A stretch of DNA of 64,000 nt from Rhodosorus marinus CCMP1338 (lineage: Eukaryota > Plantae > Rhodophyta): the NCBI GenBank assembly GCA_029953675.1, contig JAMWBK010000003.1, positions 1,178,001 to 1,242,000 of the forward strand, given 5' to 3'. Numbering within the stretch: the first letter of the stretch is position 1; each line of letters opens with the position of its first letter. Positions 36,571 through 49,430 of the stretch are shown here, in pieces. A model generated the notes under the pieces. It ran no database searches. It was not told the DNA's origin and saw only the letters and a list, made by a program, of their open reading frames with translations. A program made the position numbers and the translations under genes.

Positions 36571-38170
36571 TCAGACTGTGTCGCTCGGCACAACGGAAGA
36601 CGCGAGAACTTCGGTGTCCTGGACGAGCTGCTGAAGCAGGTCGCGTTCCTTTTTTTGGCCCGCGACTCTCGCGCCATCAGCCGATTCCGCACTTGCATTC
36701 TGCTCTGTGGCAGTCCGTGTTCGTAGCCGATGCAGCTCCAGAATATTGCTAAAATTATCACGAAGCATTATATCCACATCCTTTTCCAGTAAGCTATTGT
36801 CTTTCGAACCTGTCGCAGTGCAAGAAAGAACAATACGGGATTTCTGGAATCAGGAACACCGCAGCTGCCACAATCCATCCCTGTCGATAATGTGGCCAGG
36901 TCGCCTTACCATAATAATTGTACACGTCAGCAAACACCGACTTCAATGCCCGGATAGTCTTCTCCGGGACTTTACCTGTCTCGGACAGACTACGAAGGAA
37001 GGCGTCCGATTCGTTCTTTGGAGGCATCTTCTTGGCTGTGACCGCCTTCACCTTTGCCAACGTTTGGGAATCCAGTGCCCTTTCGAGAAGTTTGTCTGAA
37101 ACCTGCTGTGGCGAGTCGCCACGAGAGTTCAACAACAGCTTCTGCATAAGCGAGTTCGATTCAAGACCTCCAGCGCCGATTATTGTTCCAATACTGTCCG
37201 AACCGGTATTCGCAACTTCTCTGCGTGGAACATCAGGGGATGACATTGTCTGACGACCTGTGTGCACAACTGAGTTCGCACTGTTTGGTTCTGCTGTTCC
37301 CAACGACCTATTTGCACTTGCATGGACCAAACCCTTGGTATCTCGCGCCGAGCTTTCCCGCGAAGCTGGATCATCCTTTGAGGGAGAAGACACCAACGCA
37401 ACTTCGATCAGCACGGGGTCTCCTGAACACACTTGGGGACCTCGAGCCCAACCAGTTCCATAAGAGCTTACCTCTAAGCGTTCGGTTTGTTCAGACTGCT
37501 GGGTGCTGTATCCTCCGCTCTGGAGCTCCTGTTGACGGGAAGGAACTATACTGTCCAAGTCTTTCTCCAGGTCACTGACCATAAGCTGCCTTGGTCGGCC
37601 TGGTCGTCCGTGTCCCACCCCTTTTGGACTATTCGGGAATCTTGGACTTGCGTGGCCACCACCCGACTTTCTTCGTTTAGCGCCGGGGCTTGTCGCTGAT
37701 TCTCCAAAATATTTGTCATAGAGTTCGTCCGCAATACCCCTCAGCTTGACCGCTTTCTGGTAGTACTTGGTTTCCGGTGCATTGTACAAACAACAGTTAG
37801 CCCATATTAGGTCAATATCTGCCTTCATCTGCTTGGCGGAAGCATACTGGTTCTCGGACAACTTGCGTCGGATTGATCCGAGATCCATTGGACGCTTAAT
37901 AACCCTTAAATAGTCAGTTACGATGTGAGTTGGAACCGGTTCGAGGAAGAATCCTTGCGTATCCGCTTGAACGAGCTTGTTAGCAATCCGCATTCCATTC
38001 TTTTCCAGAAATTCTTCCTCTTTCTGCTGCGCAGCAAGAGAAATCCTTTTGTGTTTCTTTTCTCTTGGCGAGCTCACGTCCGAATGAACGGGACCTACAT
38101 CTTCTACGTTCTCAGACTTATATCGCGGGGGAACTACCCGAACCCTCAACGCTCTCTCCCCGTCCTTCAT
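36571..38170 (-). CDS. Bromodomain protein, BRD7/BRD9-like
   Basis: Exons 38170-36910 and 36809-36571. Bromodomain DTQGFFLEPV...DYLRVIKRPMDLGSI...IWANCCLYNAPETKYYQKA. C-terminal LELHRLR...LASSVVPSD resembles the BRD7/9 C-terminus. Confidence 0.85.
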
Positions 38171-38403
38171 GAGCCCGCCGCCAAAAGCTAGACCCCCGTT
38201 ACCCCGTTTCCCCTAATAGTACTATGCAAGAAGCTTAGAAAACTTCAAATATCCTCATCACCTCCTCTGATGCAGCTTTGAGCTCCAATTGTTCCTTTCC
38301 TAAACTACAATCTCAAGTTCCGATTCTCTTAGTACACCAGGAGCTCTCGGCTCTCTTCGGCAACGCCAAAGGTCTTTCACTTGTCGTCCACGAATGCTCA
38401 AAA

Positions 38404-38452
38404 TCTACATCCACATCCACTTCCACGTCCACTTCCACATCCACATCCACAT
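38404..38452. repeat. Hexanucleotide microsatellite (CCACAT/CCACTT/CCACGT)n
   Basis: About eight imperfect 6-bp units upstream of the bromodomain gene. Confidence 0.85.
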
Positions 38453-40194
38453 CGGCTTCTCCACGCGCAGCAGTTTACTTCCCGGCCCTTTGGAACGAGA
38501 AAACAGTACATTACGGAGTCTAGCTCTAGCCCTTGAAAGTTTTCCATGTTTGAGAACACATTTCAATCTTTATGAAACTTTGAACCCTATATTCAATATT
38601 TATATGGCACGGCTACCTGCTACAATTTATAGTCTGGGGGGTAGGCTATAAACGTTCAGTCCTCCGATTTTACGTCTGACGGTTTAGGCCATTCCTAGAT
38701 GCTCTGATCGGCCATAGGTTTTCAATTGAATATTCAGACGGGGTATAGAACTCTAGTAAAAAAGGCCACCCCTTTTCGAGGGAAAAACAAGCTCACATGT
38801 TGAGCTTTAGTGATTTAAATAATAGGTATTAGGACTGGAAATTGTTAAAAAAATATTCGCGCGACGCTGGTGGAGAAGTGTTTAGCACCCGTGGGATGAA
38901 TGTACTTATGACCAGGTTTAGAGTTGTTTTCAGATTTTAGCAGGATGTATTCCTAATCTAGCCATCTTAAGCCTGAAACCGAAAGCAAAAAAGGGTTTGT
39001 ATTCATTTGCGTTTTGTTTGGGTTCCAGTTTTAGATTGCTCCGGATTCGCACATCTTGGAGAAATCGGTCGCGGCAAGAATTTAGATTCGGAACCAATGG
39101 AGCTATCCTGGAGTTGCTCGTGTGCGCGTCTAAGCAAGCCGTCGACTAAGCGCGCTACTTCATCAAGCCTACTACTTTCAGTCACACCCTCACTAACAGG
39201 TCTTGATCAATCCTTGCACACAAACCCAGGTTTGTGCACTGTCAGGAATGTGCAAAACTGCCGAGCGTATTTGGTTGAAGCCGCTTTTCCCCTTCAAAGA
39301 CGCAGTGAACAGGCGCATATGTCGCGGCATGCTTGTCGCGGAATTGAGTCTGGAGAAACTCGTAAACAGAAATTTTGGTCCGTCAGAGTGGGTAATTGCA
39401 GTCTTTTGCGCTCAGCGTCGCCTTCGGTCCCTTGGTAGAGCGTTTCCAACTACGTGTTACCGGCTGGACGGTACTGTCCAATCCATGCGCGATCAAAGGA
39501 AGAAAGGGCTGGGCCGGGCCGGTTTCGAATCGTACAAGCAACAAAATTGGAACTGCTATTAGAGTCTGTGGCATAAGAAACCATTGCGCAGGAGGTATTT
39601 AAGACTTGAGCGTTCCCAACAGCCACTTGGTCACACTCCCATTGTCGTTTCAGGACATCTCGCTTACATTTACAAAAAACCAGAAACAGAATTTATTGGA
39701 CAACAAAGATAGTAATCAACCAATCCAACACTCAAAATTCACCCGGCACTCTATTTGCATTGGATACCGCATCTCTAAATGTTTTGCTGATTGGTGCTTT
39801 CAGATTTACTATATTTGTCCACCCCGTGCGTTCACAACCTCCGCCCAATAACCTGAAAATTGTGAAATTTAAGTACATTCTAGAGCCTTCGACGACCGTC
39901 AAAGGGGTTCCTTTCTTATTCCAATGCAGCGCCTAAGAGTGGGCCTTGTACGATGATCGTACATCACCTGGTTGTGTACTAGTGACTGTAGATAATGATG
40001 AGGGAAGAAAGCTTGGATGGGGTGGAGGCGGGGATGGTGGGAAGGCATGTCGTTGTAGATGCGATGGAATTGATGAAGAGGGCAAAGTGAAAAGAGTTAG
40101 CTGTGCTGAGGACCGTTTTGCTTCTATTGAATCTCACGATTGTTTTGAGGTGTATATTTTTTTTTATTTTTTTGGGTGTTGATCAGTAGGCAGT

Positions 40195-41370
40195 ATGACT
40201 GCGGTATTTGAAGCAGCTCCAATTGACAACCAGATTTTCAAATTTGAGAGGGAGAACGAGCTCGATATACAGTTTGTAGAGGATGAGAGTGCTGAAGGAC
40301 AGAGTACAGACTTGTGTAAGAACTTTTTCTCTACAGCTGGATGCTTGAAGGGCGCAAGATGTCAGTATAGGCATGCCCGAAATGATCGGCTCATCGTGTG
40401 CAAGCACTGGCTCCGTGGGCTTTGCAAGAAGGGAGAATACTGTGAGTATCTCCATGAATTTGACAAGTCTAAGATGCCTGAGTGCTATTTCTTCTCCAAG
40501 TTCGGTGAGTCATATTATCATAGCCTGCTTTGCCAAGCGGAATAAATGCTAACTGCGTTTGTTTATCTCCTAGGAGAGTGCAATAACCCTGAATGTGCAT
40601 ATCGCCATGTTGATCCCGACAAGAAGCGGAATGAGTGCCCCTACTATGCTCGAGGCTTTTGCAAGCACGGACCGAAATGCCGACTTAGACATGTGAAAAG
40701 AGAAGCGTGCAACGACTATCTGTTGGGTTTCTGTAAGAACGGACCGGACTGCGTTTTCGGCCATGCCAGATTTGAGATTCCTCGAGTTGAAGATGACGAG
40801 GATGGACCCGCGGGAATAGATCGGTTCGGATTTGGCAGGCCCAAGGCGGCCGCTGGGCTCGCAAGAGCCAATTCCGGGGACGCTGATGGGTAGGAGCTCT
40901 AGTGCCATGGCCACTGCGCTCTTGTTCAAGATACTGAAGTCACTGACTCATTCCATTTGCTCTCGTTCTGCAGGTCTGCAGATAACGAGCAAGGGGATTC
41001 CAGCACATCGCGTGGGCCTCCCGGGGGTGTGGGAAATGCAAACCAAAGAGGACTACCCGGATCCGGAAACCGACCTCCATTCGGGGGCATGGGAGGCCCC
41101 CCGAACCTGCCAGGAGGATTTATACCTGGGATTGGAATGGAGGGCAACCTGCCGTTCGGAGCTCCGAACCAGGCGATGGGCATGGGGATGAATCCAGTTT
41201 TCGATGGAGGGGACAATAATACGCAGATGTCTGGAATGGGTGGGAACAGGCAAGGGGATGGGGGACGAACGCCTATTGTCTGCCATCATTGCCATCAACC
41301 TGGGCATATTCGACCCAAGTGTCCGCTGCGAGCTGCACAACTAGGGAACAACCCCGGAGGCGCCACCTGA
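40195..41370 (+). CDS. CPSF30: Cleavage and polyadenylation specificity factor 30 kDa subunit (CCCH fingers + C-terminal CCHC knuckle)
   Basis: Exons 40195-40504, 40574-40889, 40974-41370. Motifs VCKHWLRGLCKKGEYCEYLHEFDKSKMPECYFFSKFG|ECNNPECAYRH, CPYYARGFCKHGPKCRLRH and CHHCHQPGHIRPKCP. Confidence 0.96.
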
Positions 41371-41718
41371 AGCACGTACTACCAACCTGACCCACGGTGC
41401 TCGTTTGCCGAAACCGCCCGCGCGTATTTAACATTCTACTTTGATTGCATCATTTATTTTTATACAGTACGAAACTTGTCGATACTTTCACGCTTGCACG
41501 CACCGGCCAGACTTCTTCGACAACCTCTGAAGAAGCGCTCGTCTACCTTGAAGGAGGGCGGGGAAACATAAGAGTTTTGTATAGATAGAGCTTGACCCTC
41601 TGCATATTCCCAGCTTTCCATTAGATTATTACTAGGCGACGAAAACAAAGCAATAAAGCACCAAAGTAAAAAAAAAAAAGGGGTAGGGATCCTTTCTGAA
41701 AATACGTTTGCTTTCAGT

Positions 41719-44213
41719 CTACGTCTGGGCAGCCAGGTCGGCGTCCAACAGACTCTTCACTCGTTCCATTAGCATTGATGCTCGTGATTCCAATGCCCTA
41801 GAGTAAGCTTCCAAAACAGATTTCCCAACGTCCGAATTGTCTTCGATCTTCACCTGTCGATCAGCAGCAACCAGAAGAAAAGACCACACCGACAAGGTCA
41901 GACTTTCTCTTTCCACAGTTCTATTCATGTCTGCGTTAGTCGTGGTGCATACCTCCTCGACCTTTGTGTGAGCCATCTTCGGGAATTTCTCCTTGATTGT
42001 TCGAACAGCGTTCTCAGCACGCTTTTGAGCGCATTGGATTTTTGCTTTGTTGTCCTTTCGAATACGGTCGAAGATAGAGACGGGTTGATTAAGACGCATC
42101 TTCCATATCAGGCTGGTATACTCTATTCGATTTGCCAGTCCCAACGCATCCTTTTCATTCCACACGCCTCGTTCTTTTAAGTACTGTAGCCATCCGGTAG
42201 CAAGATTCAATGAGCTTTTGTTTTCGGTGCGTTCTCAATGACTTAGTGGGTCAGATGGGTAAGTCTACGTACTTGTTCAATGTTGAAGACCCTCCAAGTG
42301 GTCAGGGCATCCACTAGTTCTCTTGAAATCACGTTCCTCGCGTGTTTCGGTAGTCTGTTAATATACTTTGCGGGGATCTCCATGTTGTTCAGGACCTGAC
42401 TATTGATTCTATGACAGTCCTTGTACATAGAAGTGATCTGACAGCAAGAGTTGCGTCGTTAGAATTCAGTAGATCTTGACATTCACGATCGCGGGAGCCC
42501 ATGTAGGCTAATGCCTACCTCCTCATATACGTTGAGCATCTGCGATTTCAACGGTCTCGAAAGTCCACCCGCAGCAACCACAGGCGCATTGATCCACCAT
42601 TTCTGACCGCCATCAACCTCCTCTCTTTTTTTGTATGTAACTTCACCCTTCAGGTCCTTAAATCCGGCGACGATCTGCTGGAGCCTTTCATCATGCTTTT
42701 GCAACGCAGGCAGGTGGGTTTTGATATCCTCTCGTGGGACTTCTCCCATAACTTCAACTGGCCTGCCATTAACGAGCTTAGTCTCCGCAACTCGCACAAC
42801 AATGGTCTGAGCCAGCTTGCGGTACAGACTCATTTCTCGGTTCCAACGGTCAACGGACTCCTTCGGGAGCGGCGCCAGGCATTTCATTTCTCCAAAGGTC
42901 CCAACATTGAGACTTGTAATGTGGTTGTTCATCATAACCGCGGTGGACTTTCCGTTTCCTCTTCCAGTGCTGTCGCCTCCAACAATGATAGATATGATAC
43001 TGAGTCACAACAATGAACAAAATCAAGAGTGCCTGTCAGCTGGGCGGCCAAGGTTTTCGGTGACCATTCAGTAGCTTCTCTTACTTTTCGTCGCTCATGT
43101 AATGGTCTTTTGGAACTGATCTCCTGACAGACCCCCGTGGAGTTCCGCTCGTTCCTGTTTCACCCGTTTCTTGGCTTCGGTTTAAGGTAGCATCCACTTC
43201 CAACGAGTGGTCATGCTAGGGTAGAAAATCAGGACGAAATACGGACAGCAGTTAGCAAAAAGGCTTAGCTTCATCATGGTCGTTGATATGACTTGCTCCT
43301 AAGCGAGTGTGAACTTACGGATGAGTCTAAACGGCTGGATTCGTTTTCCCCCTCTTGAGATCCTACTGGTTGTACTGATCTCCGACTGCTTGCTTGAAGT
43401 GCAACCCGCAGCTCTTCGATACGGCTGATAACTGCTTCGACTGTCTGAGAAAGCTTTTCTCGCTCCTCCTCGGAAGCCTTAGGGATCACCTGGTTTGGAG
43501 TGAGAAGGAAATTTCTCCCTTGCTTCAACATTCTCATCGACAGCGAGCATATGCGTTTCCCGAAACATTCGTATGTTCGATTAACATACCTGCATGAATT
43601 GCCTAACGACCAGTAGATAGAGCTCATGAGCGAGCTCGTAGTCTTCGGCTTCATCTGCGGCTGTGGCCGTCTCAGCATTCGAAAAAGCTTCAGATTTCAG
43701 AGCAAGAAGCCTTTCCTCCTCCGGCGTTTCCGCCGAGGCCGCGATTGGTTTAATCGAGGTGCGCAGGTTTGGCTCTGAGTCTGCACTCTCAAGGGTTTTG
43801 ATTGGCACCGGCGGTGGTGGCATCATAGACCCTTCCAGCATTGGCGGCCCCGTCCTCGGCATATCTGTTCTTGCGTCGAACGTGTCCACTCCATCCTCGA
43901 CATTTGCAATACTTGCTTTGTTTTCGTCAGTCAAGGTCAAATTTTCCTCAAAGCGGTTCACGATCGACGCGACGTTTCCCTTGGCCTCCTCATCTCGCAG
44001 GCGTGACGATATAAATGTGCCTAAAGCGTTGCTCCCCGAATTCCTGCTAGAAACGGATTGCATCGTTTCCATATTCGGAACTGGTGCGAAGCTGCCTTGC
44101 TCTGTACCCAGCTGTCGACCTCCAGTCACCTTCTTGCTGCTTGGAGCGTCCCCTAGCTTCTTTGCATCATTTCCCACGTTCAGCGAATTTTTCTGCTTCT
44201 CAGTATCAGCCAT
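41719..44213 (-). CDS. ROPGEF: PRONE-domain Rop/Rac guanine nucleotide exchange factor with N-terminal MIT-like domain
   Basis: Seven phase-consistent exons: 44213-43590, 43489-43319, 43215-43085, 42999-42519, 42437-42273, 42183-41953, 41853-41719. PRONE motifs IVGGDSTGRGNGKSTAVMMNNHITSL, WNREM, PREDIKTHLPALQKHD, KWWINAP.V..GGLS, INSQVLNNMEIPAKYI..LPK, LANRIE and KIEDNSDVGKSVLEAYSRALESRA. Confidence 0.88.
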
Positions 44214-45922
44214 GACGGACGACCTCCACAGAGCTAAAAGCCCGTTGTCATACACACGCTCAGAGCTCTACTGCGGTCGACCTTTGACCCCTCCTTTTTC
44301 CGCTCCCCGACGAACCCTCCCTGTGCCCCTTGCCGCGGCGCGATTCTCTTCACTACCCTCCAAGATGCAGAGCTCCTAGAGTGCTTACCTTTTTTCTCCG
44401 CATACCGACCTGATCAATGTGACCCGCTCGATCGAAACCCGCATATCGAGGAAGGTCGAACTTCCCGATTTCATGCATCTCAGCCAACGCAGGGTTCAAT
44501 CATTCTCATCTGAATTCATCCACAAAATTGATCCGCGGACTAACGGCTAGGAATTCAAAAAAAATCCTCATTATCTATTTCGAACTAGAATTTTCAACCT
44601 CTCCTTGTTTCAAAATCAATTATCGGGCTCACATACCGTAAAAACCGTTGTATCCAAACTACTCACAAAATATACTATCTGGCTCGTATTCATTTTTTTG
44701 AATTTTCAAGCCCATAAGGTTTGTCTCTTTTTTGTTCTAAATAAAGGAAAATAATCATAAATATATCTTCCAACCGAAGATATCAAGGGGGATATAAATA
44801 TATACAAGATGAATGTGTGCTTGTACAATTGATATTATTTAAGAGGAATGGATAAATACGTCGTGACCCAAAAACGGCCTATCCTCGAACAAATTATGAT
44901 AAATTGGATGTCTACGTTTTCATAGTCAGTTCTAAGCCACAACCGCTCCCGTTGAGGATAAATTATGTATTATTTGTCCTAAAAGAAGGCGTATTGAAGA
45001 ATAGTGGTTGCCGGCCCTCCAGACCCACAGAGGATTTTGTTTTATCCGGTGAAAGCTCTCGTTTGTTACTGAAATATTCAAAAACATTCAAATGTATTTT
45101 TGGAACATTTAGCAGCGATCTATGGATCTACCTAGTCCGGGACTGAAAAACGCTTTTCATGAATTCCAAAGAAAATAGTAGGGGGAAATGAAGATCATGG
45201 TAAAACCTTCAATCAATGAATCAGAATAATGATTGGAGTTCAGTCTTTATTAGGCGTTAAGGACAGCTTGTCCGAAACAAGCTTTGTGGCATGCACTTCG
45301 TATCTGGTTGAAAGCACCCTGAAAAGCACGAAAAGAGAATGGACGACAGGGGAAGAACAGTCAACGGAAAGACAAAGCTCAGAGGGACCACCACCAATGG
45401 ATCTCATTGAAAACGTCTTGCTACAGTTGCCGAAAGCTACGAGGAACCGCATGGCAACGGGTGCGTGTGTGGCTACTGGCCCTGAGGCTTTGCAGTCTAT
45501 GCCCTAGCGATGGATTTGGTTTAGTCAAGTTCCTCCTTGTTCGTTGATGTTGAAGGAGGAACTGAGCTAGGTTCCGATCGACGGCAACGAATTGACAGGT
45601 TACATAGCTGAAAGGCGGTCGATGACAAAAGCGTGGCTAACAGCACTGTTCCTTGTCAATAATCTACATGCGAGGAGCTGGTTTGCTCGTGCTTATGGGC
45701 ATATCCTAACAACTAGAGACGAGCATTGGATTCAGGTCGGGGTCTAAACTGCAGCAAGGACTAAGCAGGCTTTGTGGCTAAAGCAATCGTCAGTTCGCTC
45801 CTAATAAATAGCTGACAAGAAGTCTTGAAGCGCTAGCAGAGCTCTACTCTTACTGAAGCAACCTTCACGTGACCGGCATTGTAGGAGTTCGTTGTTCCGC
45901 GTGTAGTCAAAGTTCTATCAGA

Positions 45923-46696
45923 CTAGAGTTTCGCCGCTAGTCTATCCAGTCGCTGTATTACTTTTCTAGTAGGATGTATTGATACAGACTCAAAGATGCC
46001 ACCCTTGTTGTACGGATCTGTTTCGGCCCATTTCGTCACTTCGTCGAGATTCTGGCCATCCGTGATAATCAGGGTTCCGACCTGCAATTGAAAAGTAGCG
46101 ATATAAGAAGCTTGGCCATGCATTTGCTCCACAGCCGTGGCTTTTCGTACCGCGCCATTCCCATCTTCAGTGGGAAATGGACCGATGAATCCGTTTCTTC
46201 CGGATTTCTCCCACCACGAGAGGTGCTCTGGACGTATTCTCGCGCGTGCGCCTCTCGTATTGTTCTTATCCAAGCAGAGAATGGTGTAAACAATGGAAGC
46301 CATCTCCTTCTTCGGTGAGAAGCCCAGTTTCCACTCGCGAATCTCTACACTCTCGAAGACCCCTTCTTTCGTATAGGGATCGTCGTTAACCCAATTCCTT
46401 ACGTCCTCAAGATCAGTCCCGCTCACGATCACAAACCCTGAAATCTTCAAGTTGGAACGCAAAGCAATCGGAAATGTGCCACTAGGCAACTCATCTCAGT
46501 CACCACATCTGGACAAGTTGATTCTCGATTGCGAAACTCTTACAATTTGTAGCGATTCGTCCAGCAGTGGACCTCCGAAGACCGCCCGGTCATCCCTTCC
46601 GACGTAGCTCAAGTGTTCACTTTTGAAGCGTTCTCGGATTTCACTTACATTCTGGCGATCAGTACGCCTGACCATAAACAGCTTCTTTCCTTCCAT
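45923..46696 (-). CDS. Double YCII-domain protein B
   Basis: Three exons. Domain 1 has KSEHL, FGGPLLD and DDPY; domain 2 has RPEHL, FIGPF, VGTLII and TDPY. The 5' end may be incomplete. Confidence 0.85.
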
Positions 46697-47038
46697 TGTC
46701 AAATCTCCTGTGGGTGCTGATGATATAGGGTCTCCCTCTAACAGAACGTGCAGTCTTCAACCCAAGAGGTTGGATACTGAGCAGATAAGAGTTTCATCAA
46801 AGTCAAGGCAAAACTGGGCCCTCGGACTAGTGTAGCTCAGCCCTCAGGATCGATATCTGATCTATCTAAATCCCTGATAAGCAGAGCTCGGTGGGATAGT
46901 GGACCTGATCTCTTCTGTTGTTTACCCAGTTGCCGTTGCGAGCAGCCTGAATAGCCATGGGGCTAGTTCGACTGTGCTTTCTCCTCTAGAATCGGAAGGT
47001 TGATGAATACCGTAGCATTCCCTGTTTTAGTTTCATGC

Positions 47039-47912
47039 TCAAACCAGCTGCCCGTCGAAGAGCACTGTTGACATCGGGTAGATCTCAACGGACTCAAATA
47101 CTCCTGCAATATTGTACGGGTCGGTTTTTGACCAGTCGCTCACCTCGTCCTCGCTTTTTCCTTCTGTGATTATCATGGAGCCCACCTGCGGAGATAGATG
47201 TTTAGGAGATCAGCAGGAGTCAGAGCTGATCGTGGAAATGAATTTGCGTACGGCACCACTTCCGTCAGCAGCGGGAAACGGTCCGATGAAACCGTTTCGC
47301 CCCGAGCTCTTCCACCATTCTAGATGCTTGGGTCTAACTTCGGCGCGAAGATCTTTTGCGCCATCTCTGTCACTGCAGATAATCACGTAGATCGGGTCAA
47401 CAAGTGGGGTTTGCGGCCGATACACCATTTTCCACTTCCGGAAGGACTCTTTGTCAAACATTCCGGCGGAAGCGTAGGGATCTTGTGCGTTCCATTCCTC
47501 AAGATCTTTCATGTCCTTGGCGTGCGCAATCACGAGAGAACCAATCTGTGTGCAATTCAAGGTAATTCAACTTCATTAGTTTCCGTACGCTCCTACAATT
47601 TGCTTGATTTCAAGGCACTATCGAGATGCCGACATAAAAACACACCGGCACAGAGGCTTTATCGAACATTGGACCCGCGAATAGAGCCCTCTTGGAAGCG
47701 ATGATCCAGTTCAAGTGCTCAGGTCTTGTTTTCGCTCGCAGATCTTGAGTTCCTGGTCGAATATGTCGCACCGCCAGGAAAAGTAGATCACCTCCACTCG
47801 CAGCCGAATTCATCCTCACCGTGGATTTCGTTGTCCTAAACAGACGTGCATGCTTGAACAACGAGCAGCCTGTAGCGAAACCAATGCTAGTTCTTTCAGC
47901 TGACGGGCACAT
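47039..47912 (-). CDS. Double YCII-domain protein A, transit-peptide-like N-terminus
   Basis: Three exons. Domain 1 has RPEHL, FAGPMFD, IGSLVI and QDPY; domain 2 has RPKHL, FIGPF, VGSMII and TDPY. Stop TGA at 47039-47041. Confidence 0.85.
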
Positions 47913-48289
47913 CTCGACAGCTAACAACGCAAACTACAACCGTGATCACAATCATCCGCGTCCGGAACCTTTCTCAGCAACCGAGTAAGCTTGTCGGACG
48001 CGTTTGATCCCGTTCCTGAGGCACAGTCCGCTGCTTACGGTCGGACTTGATCTGTTCGGCATGGCATTAAGCCACCAGCATTATGTACGAAACTAAGGGG
48101 CAGTTGACAACCTTGGCTCTGACGTACCCACTACTTATCAAGAACGGCAATCTAAAAGTAAGCGTATATTCTTCTAAAACTTCTAGAGGGCATGTAAAAT
48201 AAATATTTGAAAACCTTTTCGAATACATTTACCAGAAGTAGGAGATCATGGATCTTAAATATTTTCAATCTTGCGTGGTGATGTGTTTC

Positions 48290-49430
48290 TCTCACTCAAG
48301 AAGGGAATCTATGCTATCCACGCAATCGATCCCTTCTCTTCAAGAGGGGGACGATACTCCCGAAGAGGGTCACCAGGGTGTTAGGCCGCTTCGCACTAAG
48401 GAAACTGACTACCTTTTGCACTGGCAAGTCAACAATCTTTACAGAAACAATCTAAGATACTGTGGGTCGATCAAGACTCTTCGGCTGGAAGTAGATATGG
48501 TACAATCGTCACTAGCAGTCGCATGAGGTCCACAAGACAAATATATACTGGAGATGGGCTTCAATAATATGGTCTCATTGCATCTCTTTGTCCAAACTTT
48601 CGTACTTGTTGGATTCCGTAGTCATCTTCGCCGTCGACCTCCCTGCGCATGACTAATGCGGCAAGTGTTTAGACCTCCACATTTCTCGCCCCTGCCTTGC
48701 AACGTAGGCGCAGCAAGTCACCTACGTTGGTGCGTTCAAGTTTAATATGCGTGGTGCCGCATGTATCATAGCAGTGGGGCACTGTAATCCTAAGGTTGCC
48801 ATCGTGGTGCCCAAATTTGGAACGAGAACTTCCTTGCACTCTCTGAACACGGATGACATCTTCTTAGCATGGGTTCCTCCTTTAATCTGGTGCCTTCTGT
48901 ACTGTGGGGTCTAGAAGATTGCTCCTGTATCAATCAGGGCTTCCACCTCCTGTCCTGCTATTCGTGGAGGGAGCTGTAGCTGCGGAATTGTCTTACTCTG
49001 GAGGTTTTCTGAGTACGCATTATACCCCGAGATCACTGGTGCGATGGCCGCATCTTCCACATTTGCGGAAGAGATGACCGGCACACCGGACACCATGGTA
49101 CTCCTACTACAGATTGTCGCAGTTAACGCTGTGTTCAGAAACGGTAGTTCGAGACCCGTGCCTCGCTCCTCTGGAACCTCCTGGAATTGTCTCCCTTTTT
49201 CGTTCCTTAGGAATGGTAAGCGGTACGTGGATGGCGTCTACGAGAGTATCTGGTCCTATTGAGGCCAAACTAGCTTGGCTTGCGGCGATAACCCTTTCAC
49301 GAATGCCGCAACTATCATGAAGTCCGGATCATACCTCAGGAGTTCGTCGAGGGCTCGTTAGAACGCATTCACGTACTCTTGGATGGTTCGTCCCTCTCGA
49401 TTTTGCATACCCATGATTATGAAGCTATGA
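48290..49430 (-). mobile_element. Degenerate Ty3/Gypsy LTR retrotransposon remnant (gag, protease, start of RT)
   Basis: Minus strand: MQNREGRTIQEYVNAF*RALDELL...AAFVKGLSPQAK (Retrotrans_gag-like, ~49270-49423), IAGQEVEALIDTGA (aspartic protease, ~48911-48990) and LFGSIVPLLKRRDRLR (degenerate RT PFGAPVLFVKKKDG-like, ~48300-48380). Order is gag-PR-RT with stops. Confidence 0.7.

Noticed and set aside
38394-38460. His-rich peptide HIHIHFHVHFHIHIHI
   Set aside because: One reading of a CCACAT microsatellite upstream of the bromodomain gene; no support for translation.
39003-39602. Short ORFs between the bromodomain gene and CPSF30
   Set aside because: No motif or convincing splice chain.
43663-44379. 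238-aa plus-strand ORF
   Set aside because: Antisense to exon 1 of the MIT-PRONE gene; no motifs.
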